From an uncultured euryarchaeote (lineage in GTDB: Archaea; Thermoplasmatota; Poseidoniia; Poseidoniales; Thalassarchaeaceae), in assembly GCA_937911265.1 (NCBI GenBank), contig CALDRG010000063.1, positions 5,862 through 69,861 on the forward strand: DNA of 64,000 nt, in the 5' to 3' direction. The position numbers and the translations under genes were made by a program. Shown here piece by piece: positions 45,200 to 54,174 of this stretch. Numbering within the stretch: the stretch's first letter is position 1; each line of letters opens with the position of its first letter. The notes below the pieces were generated by a model. It saw only the letters and a list, made by a program, of their open reading frames with translations. It had not been told where the DNA came from and searched no databases.

Positions 45200-45736
45200 T
45201 TAGTCGCGGAATATGTGCTCGCGATAGTGTTCAAGCTCCACAATGCTACCGCGGATGTCGTCAAGCGCCCGATGCCCTGCAGGTTTGGTCGCTCTCGGCA
45301 GATCCGGGTACCATCTGTCGACGAGTTGCTTGATAGAAGTGACATCAACGCTGCGGTAATGGAAGAAGTCGTGCAGTTCGGGCATGTAGCGCCTGAGGAA
45401 ACGCCTGTCCTGGCCAATCGTATTGCCGCACAGCGGCGATATGCCCTCGATGCAGTGCTCGCGAAGGAATTCGATTGTCAACGCCTCGGCCTCGGCCATC
45501 GGAATTCCATGGTTCCTGACTCTATCCAGAAGTCCATTCTCGGTATGGTGTGTGAGATTCCAATCGTCCATCTTAGCCAGTTCCGACTCGGGCTGCGAAA
45601 TCGCAAAAGCCGGTCCCTCGGCGACCACAGTCAGGTCGCCCTCAGTCACTATGGTGGCAATCTCGATGATGGTGTTCTCTTCCGGTTCGAGACCAGTCAT
45701 CTCGAGGTCCATCCAGACTAGTCTCTCCTCGACCAT
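45200..45736 (-). CDS. orn: Oligoribonuclease (DEDDh 3'-5' exoribonuclease)
   Basis: LVWMDLEMTGLEPE (Exo I), ...GNTIGQDRRFL (Exo II), ...YRSVDVTSIKQL and HRALDDIRGSI (Exo III with His). About 180 aa as in Orn. Confidence 0.8.
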   Translation of the reverse strand: MVEERLVWMDLEMTGLEPEENTIIEIATIVTEGDLTVVAEGPAFAISQPESELAKMDDWNLTHHTENGLLDRVRNHGIPMAEAEALTIEFLREHCIEGISPLCGNTIGQDRRFLRRYMPELHDFFHYRSVDVTSIKQLVDRWYPDLPRATKPAGHRALDDIRGSIVELEHYREHIFRD

Positions 45737-45816
45737 GAGACTGGCGCTGGCGGGACAGACTTAGGGCTTCTCATGCAAGGGCGAGTAATCATAGTGTCCA
45801 GACCACGCGCAGGGAC

Positions 45817-47070
45817 ATGAGTGGTGTAGGTTACATCGAGTTGCTGAGAAGGAACTCCTCGTTCCGCCGCCTGTTCATTGCGAATGAAATCTCGTTCATT
45901 GGTGACTGGTTCACCGTAATTGCCCTCTTCATTCTCGCCGCCGAAGCCACTGACAACTCGCCACTGGCGATTGCCGGTGTGATGGCCTCGAGGAGTTTTG
46001 CGCTGGCTCTGGCAACTCCATTCACGGGGCTGCTGGCGGACCGATATTCACGCAAGGGACTCATGCTGGGTGCTAACATCGCTTCTCTGATTGTTCTTGT
46101 TTTCGTACTTGCTTTAGATTTGCTTGGGAGTCTGACATCGGTGTATGTACTGGCGGTGGTGATGGTGACTGCTAGAGCGGTCTTCGACCCTGCTGAGTAC
46201 GCCTATCTTCCCAACATCTGTGACGATCAGGAACTGTTGACCGCCAATGCCTTAGCCTCTGGAGGATGGTCGGTGGCACTAGGGCTGGGTTCCGCAATAG
46301 GTGGGCTGACTATCTCCATCTACGGCATCCAGACGGCGCTATGGATAGACACCGTGACCTTCGTTGCGGCGGCTCTGGTAATCATGACACTGCCACCCGG
46401 TGGCCCAGATACCACAGATAGGAAGAGTGTCACCCCTCGAGTGGTCGTCGAAGAGATTGGTGCTGGATGGAGATACATCCTATCCAGCCCACCGCTGCGC
46501 AGAGTGGTGTTCGCCAAGGGTCTGTGGGCCTCTGGAGGTGGGGCTCAGGTATTCCTGCTGATTTTGATAGGAATGGAAGCCGGCTTCGGCGAGGTTGCGG
46601 CGGGCATCGGCATCCTGTTCATGGCTAGAGGATTCGGTAGTGGCTTCGGCCCCATCGCAGGGAGGTCGCTGATGGAGAACCCACGTCTCAGACCGTATCT
46701 TCTGGGACTCTCTGTGGGGGTCTGCGGGCTATTCTACATCGCCGTCTCGGCTGTCGAGTGGACTGAGATGGTTCTGATTCTGGTGTTCTTCTCGCATGCT
46801 GCGAGCGGCCTTAACTGGGTACTTTCAACCACTTTCCTACAGGAGAGGTCGGCTGACGAATGGCGCGGCAGGGTGGCTGGAACTGATCACTTCGGCATCA
46901 CCTTGATGATGGGAATTTCGGCAGTAGTCGGGGGACTCATAATGGAGAACGGGCTTCTTGGACTCAGGGAGTTGATTGCCCTGACCGGGATGGTTCAAAT
47001 CGTCCTCGGGCTGGCTTGGATAATGCTAGCTTCATCGCATGAGAAGAGACTGTTAGACCAGACTCTGTAG
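45817..47070 (+). CDS. MFS transporter
   Basis: 12 TM helices. GLLADRYSRKG MFS signature loop. Confidence 0.7.
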   Translation: MSGVGYIELLRRNSSFRRLFIANEISFIGDWFTVIALFILAAEATDNSPLAIAGVMASRSFALALATPFTGLLADRYSRKGLMLGANIASLIVLVFVLALDLLGSLTSVYVLAVVMVTARAVFDPAEYAYLPNICDDQELLTANALASGGWSVALGLGSAIGGLTISIYGIQTALWIDTVTFVAAALVIMTLPPGGPDTTDRKSVTPRVVVEEIGAGWRYILSSPPLRRVVFAKGLWASGGGAQVFLLILIGMEAGFGEVAAGIGILFMARGFGSGFGPIAGRSLMENPRLRPYLLGLSVGVCGLFYIAVSAVEWTEMVLILVFFSHAASGLNWVLSTTFLQERSADEWRGRVAGTDHFGITLMMGISAVVGGLIMENGLLGLRELIALTGMVQIVLGLAWIMLASSHEKRLLDQTL

Positions 47071-47898
47071 GCCGGCTAGCACGGCCAGTGGCGCTATCGA
47101 GAAAATGGTGTCACGGAGCAGTGAGCGAGTAGATGCCTTGGCGCGAGCGGTGATTCTTGACTGAATGTCCTCATCCAGCTTGTCCATCATACCTCCAGCG
47201 GGCCCTCTGACTTGTTCCAGAGCACTCTCGACAGCGTCAGCACCCATGTCCAACAGACTCGATACGAGATCTGAAAGCGGTCCACGCTTGGGCGCTGGGG
47301 TGTGTTCTCCGTCTACTGTGTGCTCCACGTCTATCACCGTTCTCCAAGGCCGTGGTACCTCGATTTCTCCGACCCCCTTGAGAATCTCGCGACCCACTAC
47401 GGCCGCTTGCACCGCCATCTTTGCTGTGGTGAGGTTGTACTTGGTCAGCAACTGAATATCACGACGCGAGCGGGTGACCTTTCCAAAGTCAGCAATCAGC
47501 CAAGCCGCACCCGCTATGAGGAGCAGTGCCACTCCTATCTGAGGGGTTTGTTCCCAGCTGGGCCAACCGATTGGACCGAACCAAATGCGGGCAGTGATTG
47601 CTATAATTGCAGGGAGTAGGAAAGCTAGGACCTCATTGACGACTATCAGCCAGAAGCCTTCGATTGGGAGCTTCTTCAGTCTCACGAAAAACCACCTGAT
47701 ATGCTTCGTCCTCTCACCAGGTGGGGCGTAGGTATTCACCAGATCCATCAAAGGCGGCATCACGAAAACCATCCTCATGATGAAGGGGATCACCAGCATC
47801 AGTAGGTAAGCGTCCCATGGAGATGCGGGAGGCAGACTAGGGAAGGCGATGGCCTCTGACATTGGCGCTGAGTGGAGTCTGACCCCCATCAACCTCAC
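47053..47898 (-). CDS. Hypothetical membrane protein
   Basis: Several hydrophobic segments. No recognisable motif. 18-nt convergent overlap with the MFS gene. Confidence 0.4.
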   Translation of the reverse strand: MRLMGVRLHSAPMSEAIAFPSLPPASPWDAYLLMLVIPFIMRMVFVMPPLMDLVNTYAPPGERTKHIRWFFVRLKKLPIEGFWLIVVNEVLAFLLPAIIAITARIWFGPIGWPSWEQTPQIGVALLLIAGAAWLIADFGKVTRSRRDIQLLTKYNLTTAKMAVQAAVVGREILKGVGEIEVPRPWRTVIDVEHTVDGEHTPAPKRGPLSDLVSSLLDMGADAVESALEQVRGPAGGMMDKLDEDIQSRITARAKASTRSLLRDTIFSIAPLAVLAGLQSLV

Positions 47899-47905
47899 TA
47901 CGGCC

Positions 47906-48340
47906 TCACATAGCCGACTCGCGCAAGACGGAGGCCTGGTTCGAAGCCGACCTGACCAGCACGATGGCGATTATTGCTCCCGAGGCGAAGGCGGTGCCGA
48001 TGTACTGGTGCGTATTGAAGAACAGCCACGCTAATCCCAGAAGGGACAGGTAAGACACCATCTGGCAGATGATTGACAGTCTCAGCAGTATGATATACTC
48101 GACGTCATTGGGATTATCGAATTCTTGGATGTAAGAGTTGATGAGGAAGAAGACTGCTTGGAAAGGTAGCGCAGCTGCAAGTATGGCAAGGCCAATCACA
48201 GTCCCCATGTCTGGATTATCTGGACTCAACTCCAGACCTCGGAACAGCATGTTACCCATGTTGACACCGATAATTGCAGCGTGGATTGTCCACGCCTTGT
48301 CCGAAGGAGCGTTGTCTCCACGGGCATTCTCCGGAACCAT
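47906..48340 (-). CDS. Hypothetical small membrane protein (4 TM)
   Basis: Hydrophobic 144-aa ORF immediately upstream of, and co-oriented with, the previous gene. Confidence 0.4.
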   Translation of the reverse strand: MVPENARGDNAPSDKAWTIHAAIIGVNMGNMLFRGLELSPDNPDMGTVIGLAILAAALPFQAVFFLINSYIQEFDNPNDVEYIILLRLSIICQMVSYLSLLGLAWLFFNTHQYIGTAFASGAIIAIVLVRSASNQASVLRESAM

Positions 48341-48452
48341 GCCCGCGCTCGGTCTCGCAGCACTGTTGAATATTACTCTCGCAGAGCAATGCTCAGGCGG
48401 GGTTCCGAGGTATGCGCGTACCTACCCAGCGCTTCCAGACAGATGGAATCCT

Positions 48453-49892
48453 TCAGGGGAGATCTTCCGCAGGGCTATTCGCTTCCAGCAGTGCCGCCGT
48501 CCAGTCATTCTGAAAGACGCCTTGCGGGTCAAACGTATTGCAGACAGTGCGGAAAGTATCGAACCGGGGATAGAGGGATGTTATCTCGTCGGCCTCGAGA
48601 GGGCACACCTTCCCCCAGTGCGGGCGCGCATGGAACAGTTTTGACATGCTTCGAGCCATGAAGCTCGCGAACAGGAGAAAACCAGCACGCCGAGCCGGCT
48701 TCGCGTAGCTGATGAAACTTAGCGCGTACCAGTCCTCGCCCGCGCCGCTGGCCATCGAGATCAAGGTGTCATCTGGAAGCACCCGCCTCACGCAGATAGG
48801 GAAGTGGTGGCAGTACTGGTCGTGAAGTCCGGCCAGTTCCTCCTGCATGCCGAAACCCTCGATCTGTCTCTGGTTGCCTGCAGACAACGCTGACTCCCTC
48901 CCTCCAGCGACCTCGATGGTTTCTTGGGCGAACCCGAGCGCGTCCGCCAACTGGTCTCGGCGCACGAACAATTCGATCTCGATGTGGCGGAAGGCATCGT
49001 GCTTCATCACCAGCATGGACGAGGAGCGGTCTGTGACTTTCCAGTTACGAATCAAGAAGGCTGGGATGATACGCTGAAAGGCGAGCCGAATCAAGCGCCG
49101 GCTGCGCACAACGCGTTCCATGAAAAGAATCTGTAGGATCAAGCCGTAGTCCATTATTCCCATCCAGTAGAGACGGTACAGCCTAGCGAGGCGGGAACGC
49201 GGTCGGTCATCTTCTCTCCGGTGCTGGATGAAGTAAGACCAACGCCAGGGTAAGAGGTAGAACTGCTGGAGCGGGAATGGCGCTTCGGCGTCCAGAACAT
49301 CCGACAGCTGATAGGACTCGGTGAAATGCTCCTGCACGTTGTACTGTTCACGGCAGCGAATCTTCACAGCTAGGATGATTCCGAGCGATCCCAGTGAGCA
49401 GCGGGCTGCCTGCAGAGATTCTCCGGCGTTCAGCTCCTCGATGATCGCCTGGCCACTGGAATCGTCATAGCGCGCCAGTCGCACCCCCTCGACATAGTGC
49501 GACATGCTGTTGCGTCCCGAACCGTGAGTGCCGGTGGAAATCGCCCCGGCAATCGTCTGGGCCGTGATCAGCCCCAGCGAATGCAGGGTTGCTCCCTCAC
49601 GGCCGAGCTCTTTGAGGAGGTGCTTGATCTGGCATCCGGCACCAACTGTGGCAACTAGCTGGTCGCCGTCGGACTGGATCTGGACGTCGTTCAACCGCCG
49701 CAGGTCCAGCAGCACGTCGTCACTGAGGACCGCTTCGCTCCAGCTATGTAATCTGCCGACGGCGCGGATGCGCTGGCCGTTGTGTCTGTCGAGAATCTGA
49801 AGGACTTCCTGCTCATCAGATGGAGTGTAGGCTGCCGACGGCCGAAGCACCTGGTTGCGGCCGAAATTCTTGCGTTGGATGCTCTGAACCAC
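48453..49892 (-). CDS. FAD-linked oxidoreductase, D-arabinono-1,4-lactone / L-gulonolactone oxidase-like
   Basis: FAD_binding_4 region (VGAGCQIKHLLKELGREGATLHSLGLITAQTIAGAISTGTHGSG). C-terminal ALO signature RPHWGK. Confidence 0.65.
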   Translation of the reverse strand: MVQSIQRKNFGRNQVLRPSAAYTPSDEQEVLQILDRHNGQRIRAVGRLHSWSEAVLSDDVLLDLRRLNDVQIQSDGDQLVATVGAGCQIKHLLKELGREGATLHSLGLITAQTIAGAISTGTHGSGRNSMSHYVEGVRLARYDDSSGQAIIEELNAGESLQAARCSLGSLGIILAVKIRCREQYNVQEHFTESYQLSDVLDAEAPFPLQQFYLLPWRWSYFIQHRREDDRPRSRLARLYRLYWMGIMDYGLILQILFMERVVRSRRLIRLAFQRIIPAFLIRNWKVTDRSSSMLVMKHDAFRHIEIELFVRRDQLADALGFAQETIEVAGGRESALSAGNQRQIEGFGMQEELAGLHDQYCHHFPICVRRVLPDDTLISMASGAGEDWYALSFISYAKPARRAGFLLFASFMARSMSKLFHARPHWGKVCPLEADEITSLYPRFDTFRTVCNTFDPQGVFQNDWTAALLEANSPAEDLP

Positions 49893-49930
49893 GCGTCTGC
49901 GAAGGATGGTCTGGTATAGAAATCCCCAAC

Positions 49931-50452
49931 TTACCCATAAAGGTGCGAGAATCTGGCACGTACCTTCGCCAACTTCGGAGACACCACTATCTGACAGTAC
50001 GGGTTATTGGGATTGTTAGAATAATAGTTGACGTGATAGTTCTCAGCCGACCAGAACCTCTCCAGCGGCACCACCTCGGTCACGATGGGATCGGCGTAGT
50101 CGTCCGATATCTCCTCGATAACTGCTAATGCCTCCTCGCGTTGTTCTTGATTGGAGTGGAGTATGATGCTCCTGTATTGGGGACCCACATCATTGCCCTG
50201 CCTGTTGAGTTGAGTGCTATCATGGATGCAGAAGAACACATCGAATAATTGCCTGCGGGAGATTACCTCGGGGTCGAATGAGACCTGGACAACCTCGGCA
50301 TGGCCGGTGCGCTTACCGCAGACCTGTTCATAGGTCGGATTGTCGATGTGCCCTCCTGAATATCCCGGAATCACCTCGCTCACGCCACGTAGCCCCTTCA
50401 GCGCGCCTTCGACACACCAGAAGCAACCGCCGCCGAGGACTATGCTCTCCAT
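49931..50452 (-). CDS. msrA: Peptide methionine sulfoxide reductase MsrA
   Basis: GGGCFWCVEG catalytic motif. ...GYSGGH..NPTYEQVCGKRTGHAEVVQVSFDP. Start moved to MESIVLGGGCFW to remove the overlap with guaB. Confidence 0.85.
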   Translation of the reverse strand: MESIVLGGGCFWCVEGALKGLRGVSEVIPGYSGGHIDNPTYEQVCGKRTGHAEVVQVSFDPEVISRRQLFDVFFCIHDSTQLNRQGNDVGPQYRSIILHSNQEQREEALAVIEEISDDYADPIVTEVVPLERFWSAENYHVNYYSNNPNNPYCQIVVSPKLAKVRARFSHLYG

Positions 50453-50456
50453 CGCA

Positions 50457-51920
50457 TCACCTGCGGTAGTTGGGCGCCTCGCGGGTAATCTCGACATCGT
50501 GGACGTGGCTCTCAGAGAGTCCTGCGTTGGTGATACGTACGAAGTTGCAGTTGGTCTTCATCTCGGCTATGCTACCATTGCCAGTGTAGCCCATCGAGGA
50601 GCGCAGACCGCCTATCATCTGGTAGAGCACATTGTCCACAGGACCTCTTGCGGGTACTCGGCCCTCGATTCCCTCTGGAACGTACTTCTGGGTATCATCT
50701 TGCTCTGACTGAAAGTACCTCTCGTGAGCTCCTTGACTCATCGCCGAGACAGAGCCCATGCCACGGTACACCTTGTATGACCTGCCTTGGTACAAAATGA
50801 TCTCACCTGGAGACTCATCAGTCCCTGCTAGCATTGAACCAGCCATCACCGAATCGGCTCCTGCAGCTATCGCCTTGGCGATGTCTCCACTATACTTGAT
50901 GCCGCCATCAGCGATCACTGGAATATCGTTACCGATGCATGTCTCGACCACTCCCAATACAGCAGTGAGCTGTGGAACCCCTACTCCGGAGACTATCCTA
51001 GTAGTGCAGATGGATCCCGGACCGATTCCGACCTTCACTGCGTCCGCTCCGGCATCGATCAGCATCTCTGCTGCTGCCCCAGTGACGATGTTTCCGGCGA
51101 TGATTTGTGCGCTGTCTACAGCTTGACTGCGAATCTCCCTGACAGTGTCGATGACTCCATGAGAGTGGCCGTGGGCGGTATCCACCACCACGGCGTCAGC
51201 CCCTGCCTCGTACAGTGCTAGAGCGCGCTCGACCCCTTTGTCTCCGGTTCCAGTAGCTGCTGCTACCCTCAGACGGCCCTGCGAGTCCTTGCACGACTTT
51301 GGATTGTCCCGGCTTTGCTGGATGTCACGCACCGTCATCATGCCAGCACAGCCGCCGTCGTCATCGACCACGATGAGTCTCTCGATGCGGCGCTGATGGA
51401 GGAGCTTCTTAGCGACCTCCGGGTCGACATGCTCGGGCACTGTGACGACATCGGTGGTCATCATGGTCGAGACCTTTACCGAGTCGTCGGAAACGAACCT
51501 GATGTCGCGGTTTGTGATGATGCCAACCAGCGACCCTGAGTCGTCTACGACAGGGAATCCTGAGAAACCGTGCTGCGACTTAATCGCCCTCAGTTCCCCG
51601 ATGGTGCTGTTGGGTGAAATGGTCACGGGGTCGAGGACTAGTCCAGCCTCGAAGCGCTTGACCCGATAGACCTCCGCGGCCTGAGACTCCACGCTCATGT
51701 TGCGGTGGATAACACCGATTCCGCCGGCTTGAGCCATGGCGATGGCCATGCCGTTCTCGGTCACGGTGTCCATCGCCGCTGAGATGAGCGGGATGTTCAG
51801 GGGAATTGAATTTGTCAGACGGGTAGTGGTGTCTACCTCGGCCGGGAGGACCGCCGATTCAGCGGGCATCAGAAGGACGTCGTCGAAGGTCAGAGCCTCG
51901 GGCATACCGTCTTGTGCCAT
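50457..51920 (-). CDS. guaB: Inosine-5'-monophosphate dehydrogenase
   Basis: [11 protein letters not shown]-terminus. Tandem CBS domains. Catalytic loop [22 protein letters not shown]. Confidence 0.9.
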   Translation of the reverse strand: MAQDGMPEALTFDDVLLMPAESAVLPAEVDTTTRLTNSIPLNIPLISAAMDTVTENGMAIAMAQAGGIGVIHRNMSVESQAAEVYRVKRFEAGLVLDPVTISPNSTIGELRAIKSQHGFSGFPVVDDSGSLVGIITNRDIRFVSDDSVKVSTMMTTDVVTVPEHVDPEVAKKLLHQRRIERLIVVDDDGGCAGMMTVRDIQQSRDNPKSCKDSQGRLRVAAATGTGDKGVERALALYEAGADAVVVDTAHGHSHGVIDTVREIRSQAVDSAQIIAGNIVTGAAAEMLIDAGADAVKVGIGPGSICTTRIVSGVGVPQLTAVLGVVETCIGNDIPVIADGGIKYSGDIAKAIAAGADSVMAGSMLAGTDESPGEIILYQGRSYKVYRGMGSVSAMSQGAHERYFQSEQDDTQKYVPEGIEGRVPARGPVDNVLYQMIGGLRSSMGYTGNGSIAEMKTNCNFVRITNAGLSESHVHDVEITREAPNYRR

Positions 51921-52114
51921 TAGGTACGGCCTAAGGAGGCGATACTTGAACGATTCTATCCTAGCGGTAGAATGTGGTCTCCAAGACGCTAAAAGAGTTC
52001 GAAATGTTGTGGAATATTAGCTAGACTTTGATGACTTCACGTGAGCAAAAATGCGCAGCGAAACCGGCGACTTCAAGAACCATTGTTGGCCGGCCGCGGC
52101 ACGAGGAGAGAGTA

Positions 52115-52558
52115 ATGTACGAGCTTGCTATGATTGGCTGGCGCGAGTGGGTTGGGATACCCGAACTCGAAGACGGGGCTTTGCTGGCCAAGATGGACAC
52201 TGGAGCGTGGTCGAATACGCTACATGCCAGCGACATTGAGATCATAGAGTCAGACCTTGAGAGCCGCGTCCGATTCCGCCTTGAAGAGGATGGCGAGTGG
52301 ATTGAGAGGCCGGTCTACGACTGGAGGCGCGTTCGCGACACCGGAGGCCACGAGACCATGCGTCCCGTGATTCGGACATCGCTACAGATAGCCGGAATGG
52401 ACTTCGACATCGAAGTCTGCCTGAAGGACCGTTCACTGATGCGGCACAGGTTCATCCTCGGACGTCGCTTCCTGCGCCAGCACTTCTGCGTACACCCGGG
52501 CAGGCAGTGCATCCACCCAAACGAGCGTACGCTACCTAGGATAGCACTGGAATACTGA
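52115..52558 (+). CDS. Retropepsin-like aspartic protease of the RimK-associated / DUF785 (putative ATP-dependent zinc protease) family, orphan
   Basis: GWREWVGIPELEDGALLAKMDTGAWSNTLHASDIEII...RVRFRL...IRTSLQIAGMDFDIEVCLKDRSLMRHRFILGRRFL matches the family pattern (AKxDTGA...LTDRSxMxYxxLLGR). No RimK/ATP-grasp gene adjacent. GGAGAG SD upstream of ATG 52115. Confidence 0.55.
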   Translation: MYELAMIGWREWVGIPELEDGALLAKMDTGAWSNTLHASDIEIIESDLESRVRFRLEEDGEWIERPVYDWRRVRDTGGHETMRPVIRTSLQIAGMDFDIEVCLKDRSLMRHRFILGRRFLRQHFCVHPGRQCIHPNERTLPRIALEY

Positions 52559-52599
52559 TTCCACCAGTCCTCAAATGCATCCTCTTCCACGCCCCCTCC

Positions 52600-53244
52600 A
52601 TGGCCATGGCAGGGACAGAGGCACCGTATGACCCCGGCGAGCCGTCGCCTTGGTGGCTGAAGGGGCTGGCCATCTTCATGGCACTGATGGTGGTGTTCAT
52701 GCTATTCAGTACCGCATCGGGAATTCTTTCTCCCATGCTGGTCGATAGGTTCATGCCTGAAGATTTCGAGGATATCGAGCCCTATCCGGAGGATGGTACG
52801 GATGAGGAGAAGGCGGAATGGGACAGGTCGAATGGAGAATGGGATGCGTTGGTGGAATACATGGACGACATGATGGGGGTGATGGAGTTCTCGGCCGTAC
52901 ATAGCGGCTTGCTGGCCCTCATGGGGCTGTTCTGCATTCCAGTGCTATGGAGGGGTGACAGAGAACTTGGGATCAAACTAGTAGGGGCTTGGGTAGGGGT
53001 CAACTTCCTAGGAGGCATGGGCATGATGTGGATGATGTCGAGGATTGGTTTCATGCCCGGATTTGATTATGGCCCTGAGGCGGAGGCGGTGGATCTTGAG
53101 TTCTTTGAAACGTTGAGTTTGATTGCCGGATGGGGACAAATACTACTCTGCAACGCTTTATTGCTCGGAATCCTGGTTCTCGTGGCGAACAAATCCAAGC
53201 CTAGTACATCCTTCGACATACCCTCTGGATTCCGTCCTAACTAG
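52600..53244 (+). CDS. Hypothetical membrane protein (4 TM, acidic loop)
   Basis: Hydrophobic helices at about 20-40, 95-115, 122-145 and 175-200. EDFEDIEPYPEDGTDEE loop. Confidence 0.45.
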   Translation: MAMAGTEAPYDPGEPSPWWLKGLAIFMALMVVFMLFSTASGILSPMLVDRFMPEDFEDIEPYPEDGTDEEKAEWDRSNGEWDALVEYMDDMMGVMEFSAVHSGLLALMGLFCIPVLWRGDRELGIKLVGAWVGVNFLGGMGMMWMMSRIGFMPGFDYGPEAEAVDLEFFETLSLIAGWGQILLCNALLLGILVLVANKSKPSTSFDIPSGFRPN

Positions 53245-53284
53245 CCGCCCCAATCTTGAATATCTACCATTCTGTGGTAGGAAC

Positions 53285-53620
53285 ATGGAACAGACGGTCC
53301 AAGGCATACTAGTAGTGAATACGGAAACGATTCCGGGCATGATGATTACCGAAACTCTCGGGGTTGTCAGCGGCTCGACAGTGAGGGCCAAGCATCTAGG
53401 AAAGGATATTTTTGCAGGCCTCAAGAACATAGTTGGCGGAGAACTGTCACAGTATACGGAGCTTCTCCAGGAGTCCCGTGAGGAGGCTGTCGGAAGAATG
53501 GTCGCAGATGCGATGTCGCGAGGAGCCAATGCGGTTGTGAATGTCAGATTCGCTACTTCGGCAATCACTGCAGGTGCTGCAGAACTGTTTGCCTACGGTA
53601 CAGCGGTTAAGGCCGAGTAA
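53285..53620 (+). CDS. YbjQ/UPF0145 family protein (soluble)
   Basis: ILVVNTETIPGMMITETLGVVSGSTVRAKHLGKDIFAGLKNIVGGELSQYTELL...ANAVVNVRFATSAI...AYGTAVK is the canonical UPF0145 pattern. Start moved to ATG 53285. Confidence 0.7.
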   Translation: MEQTVQGILVVNTETIPGMMITETLGVVSGSTVRAKHLGKDIFAGLKNIVGGELSQYTELLQESREEAVGRMVADAMSRGANAVVNVRFATSAITAGAAELFAYGTAVKAE

Positions 53621-53634
53621 TCAGGGGTTTTTCG

Positions 53635-54174
53635 ATGGTAGAAGTAGGTGGCTTGCTGGTACTAGGAATAAGCTTAGTAGTACTCCTTCCCTTCTTACTT
53701 CTTGCTCTAATCGGAATGTTGTGGACGGTAGCCTATCCACTGATGCTCTGTTGGGCTGTCCTCTTCAGCGGCAAGAAACTGGATCAGCAGATTGTCAACA
53801 CTGCATCTAGAGAGGCCTCGCTAAGAGAGTCACTCGGTCGCGACCCCCTCACGACCATTGACGGCGGATACCGCACCGACATCACCTCTTGCGGGGTGGT
53901 TTGGTCCGGAGTAGTCTTCGGACCCAGTCACTGGCACCTCCTAATAGGCTGGATTAACAATCTGACAGGGGGTTCGGTTGACATATTCCAGAAGGTCATC
54001 TCTGCAGGAAGGGCTGAGGCTATGCAGCGGTTGCGAGAGAAGGCTCTTGCTGAGGGATATGAAGATGTGATAAATGTCCGGATAGATACCTCCGATATGA
54101 CTCCTCAAGGAGCGCGGAAGCGCATCAAGGCAGTAGAGGTCTTCGCTTACGGAACTGGTGTGAAGTACACCTAG
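53635..54174 (+). CDS. Membrane-anchored YbjQ/UPF0145 family protein (2 N-terminal TM + YbjQ domain)
   Basis: Two TM helices. Then ...GGSVDIFQKVISAGRAEAMQRLREKALAEGYEDVINVRIDTSDM...VFAYGTGVKYT. Confidence 0.65.
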   Translation: MVEVGGLLVLGISLVVLLPFLLLALIGMLWTVAYPLMLCWAVLFSGKKLDQQIVNTASREASLRESLGRDPLTTIDGGYRTDITSCGVVWSGVVFGPSHWHLLIGWINNLTGGSVDIFQKVISAGRAEAMQRLREKALAEGYEDVINVRIDTSDMTPQGARKRIKAVEVFAYGTGVKYT

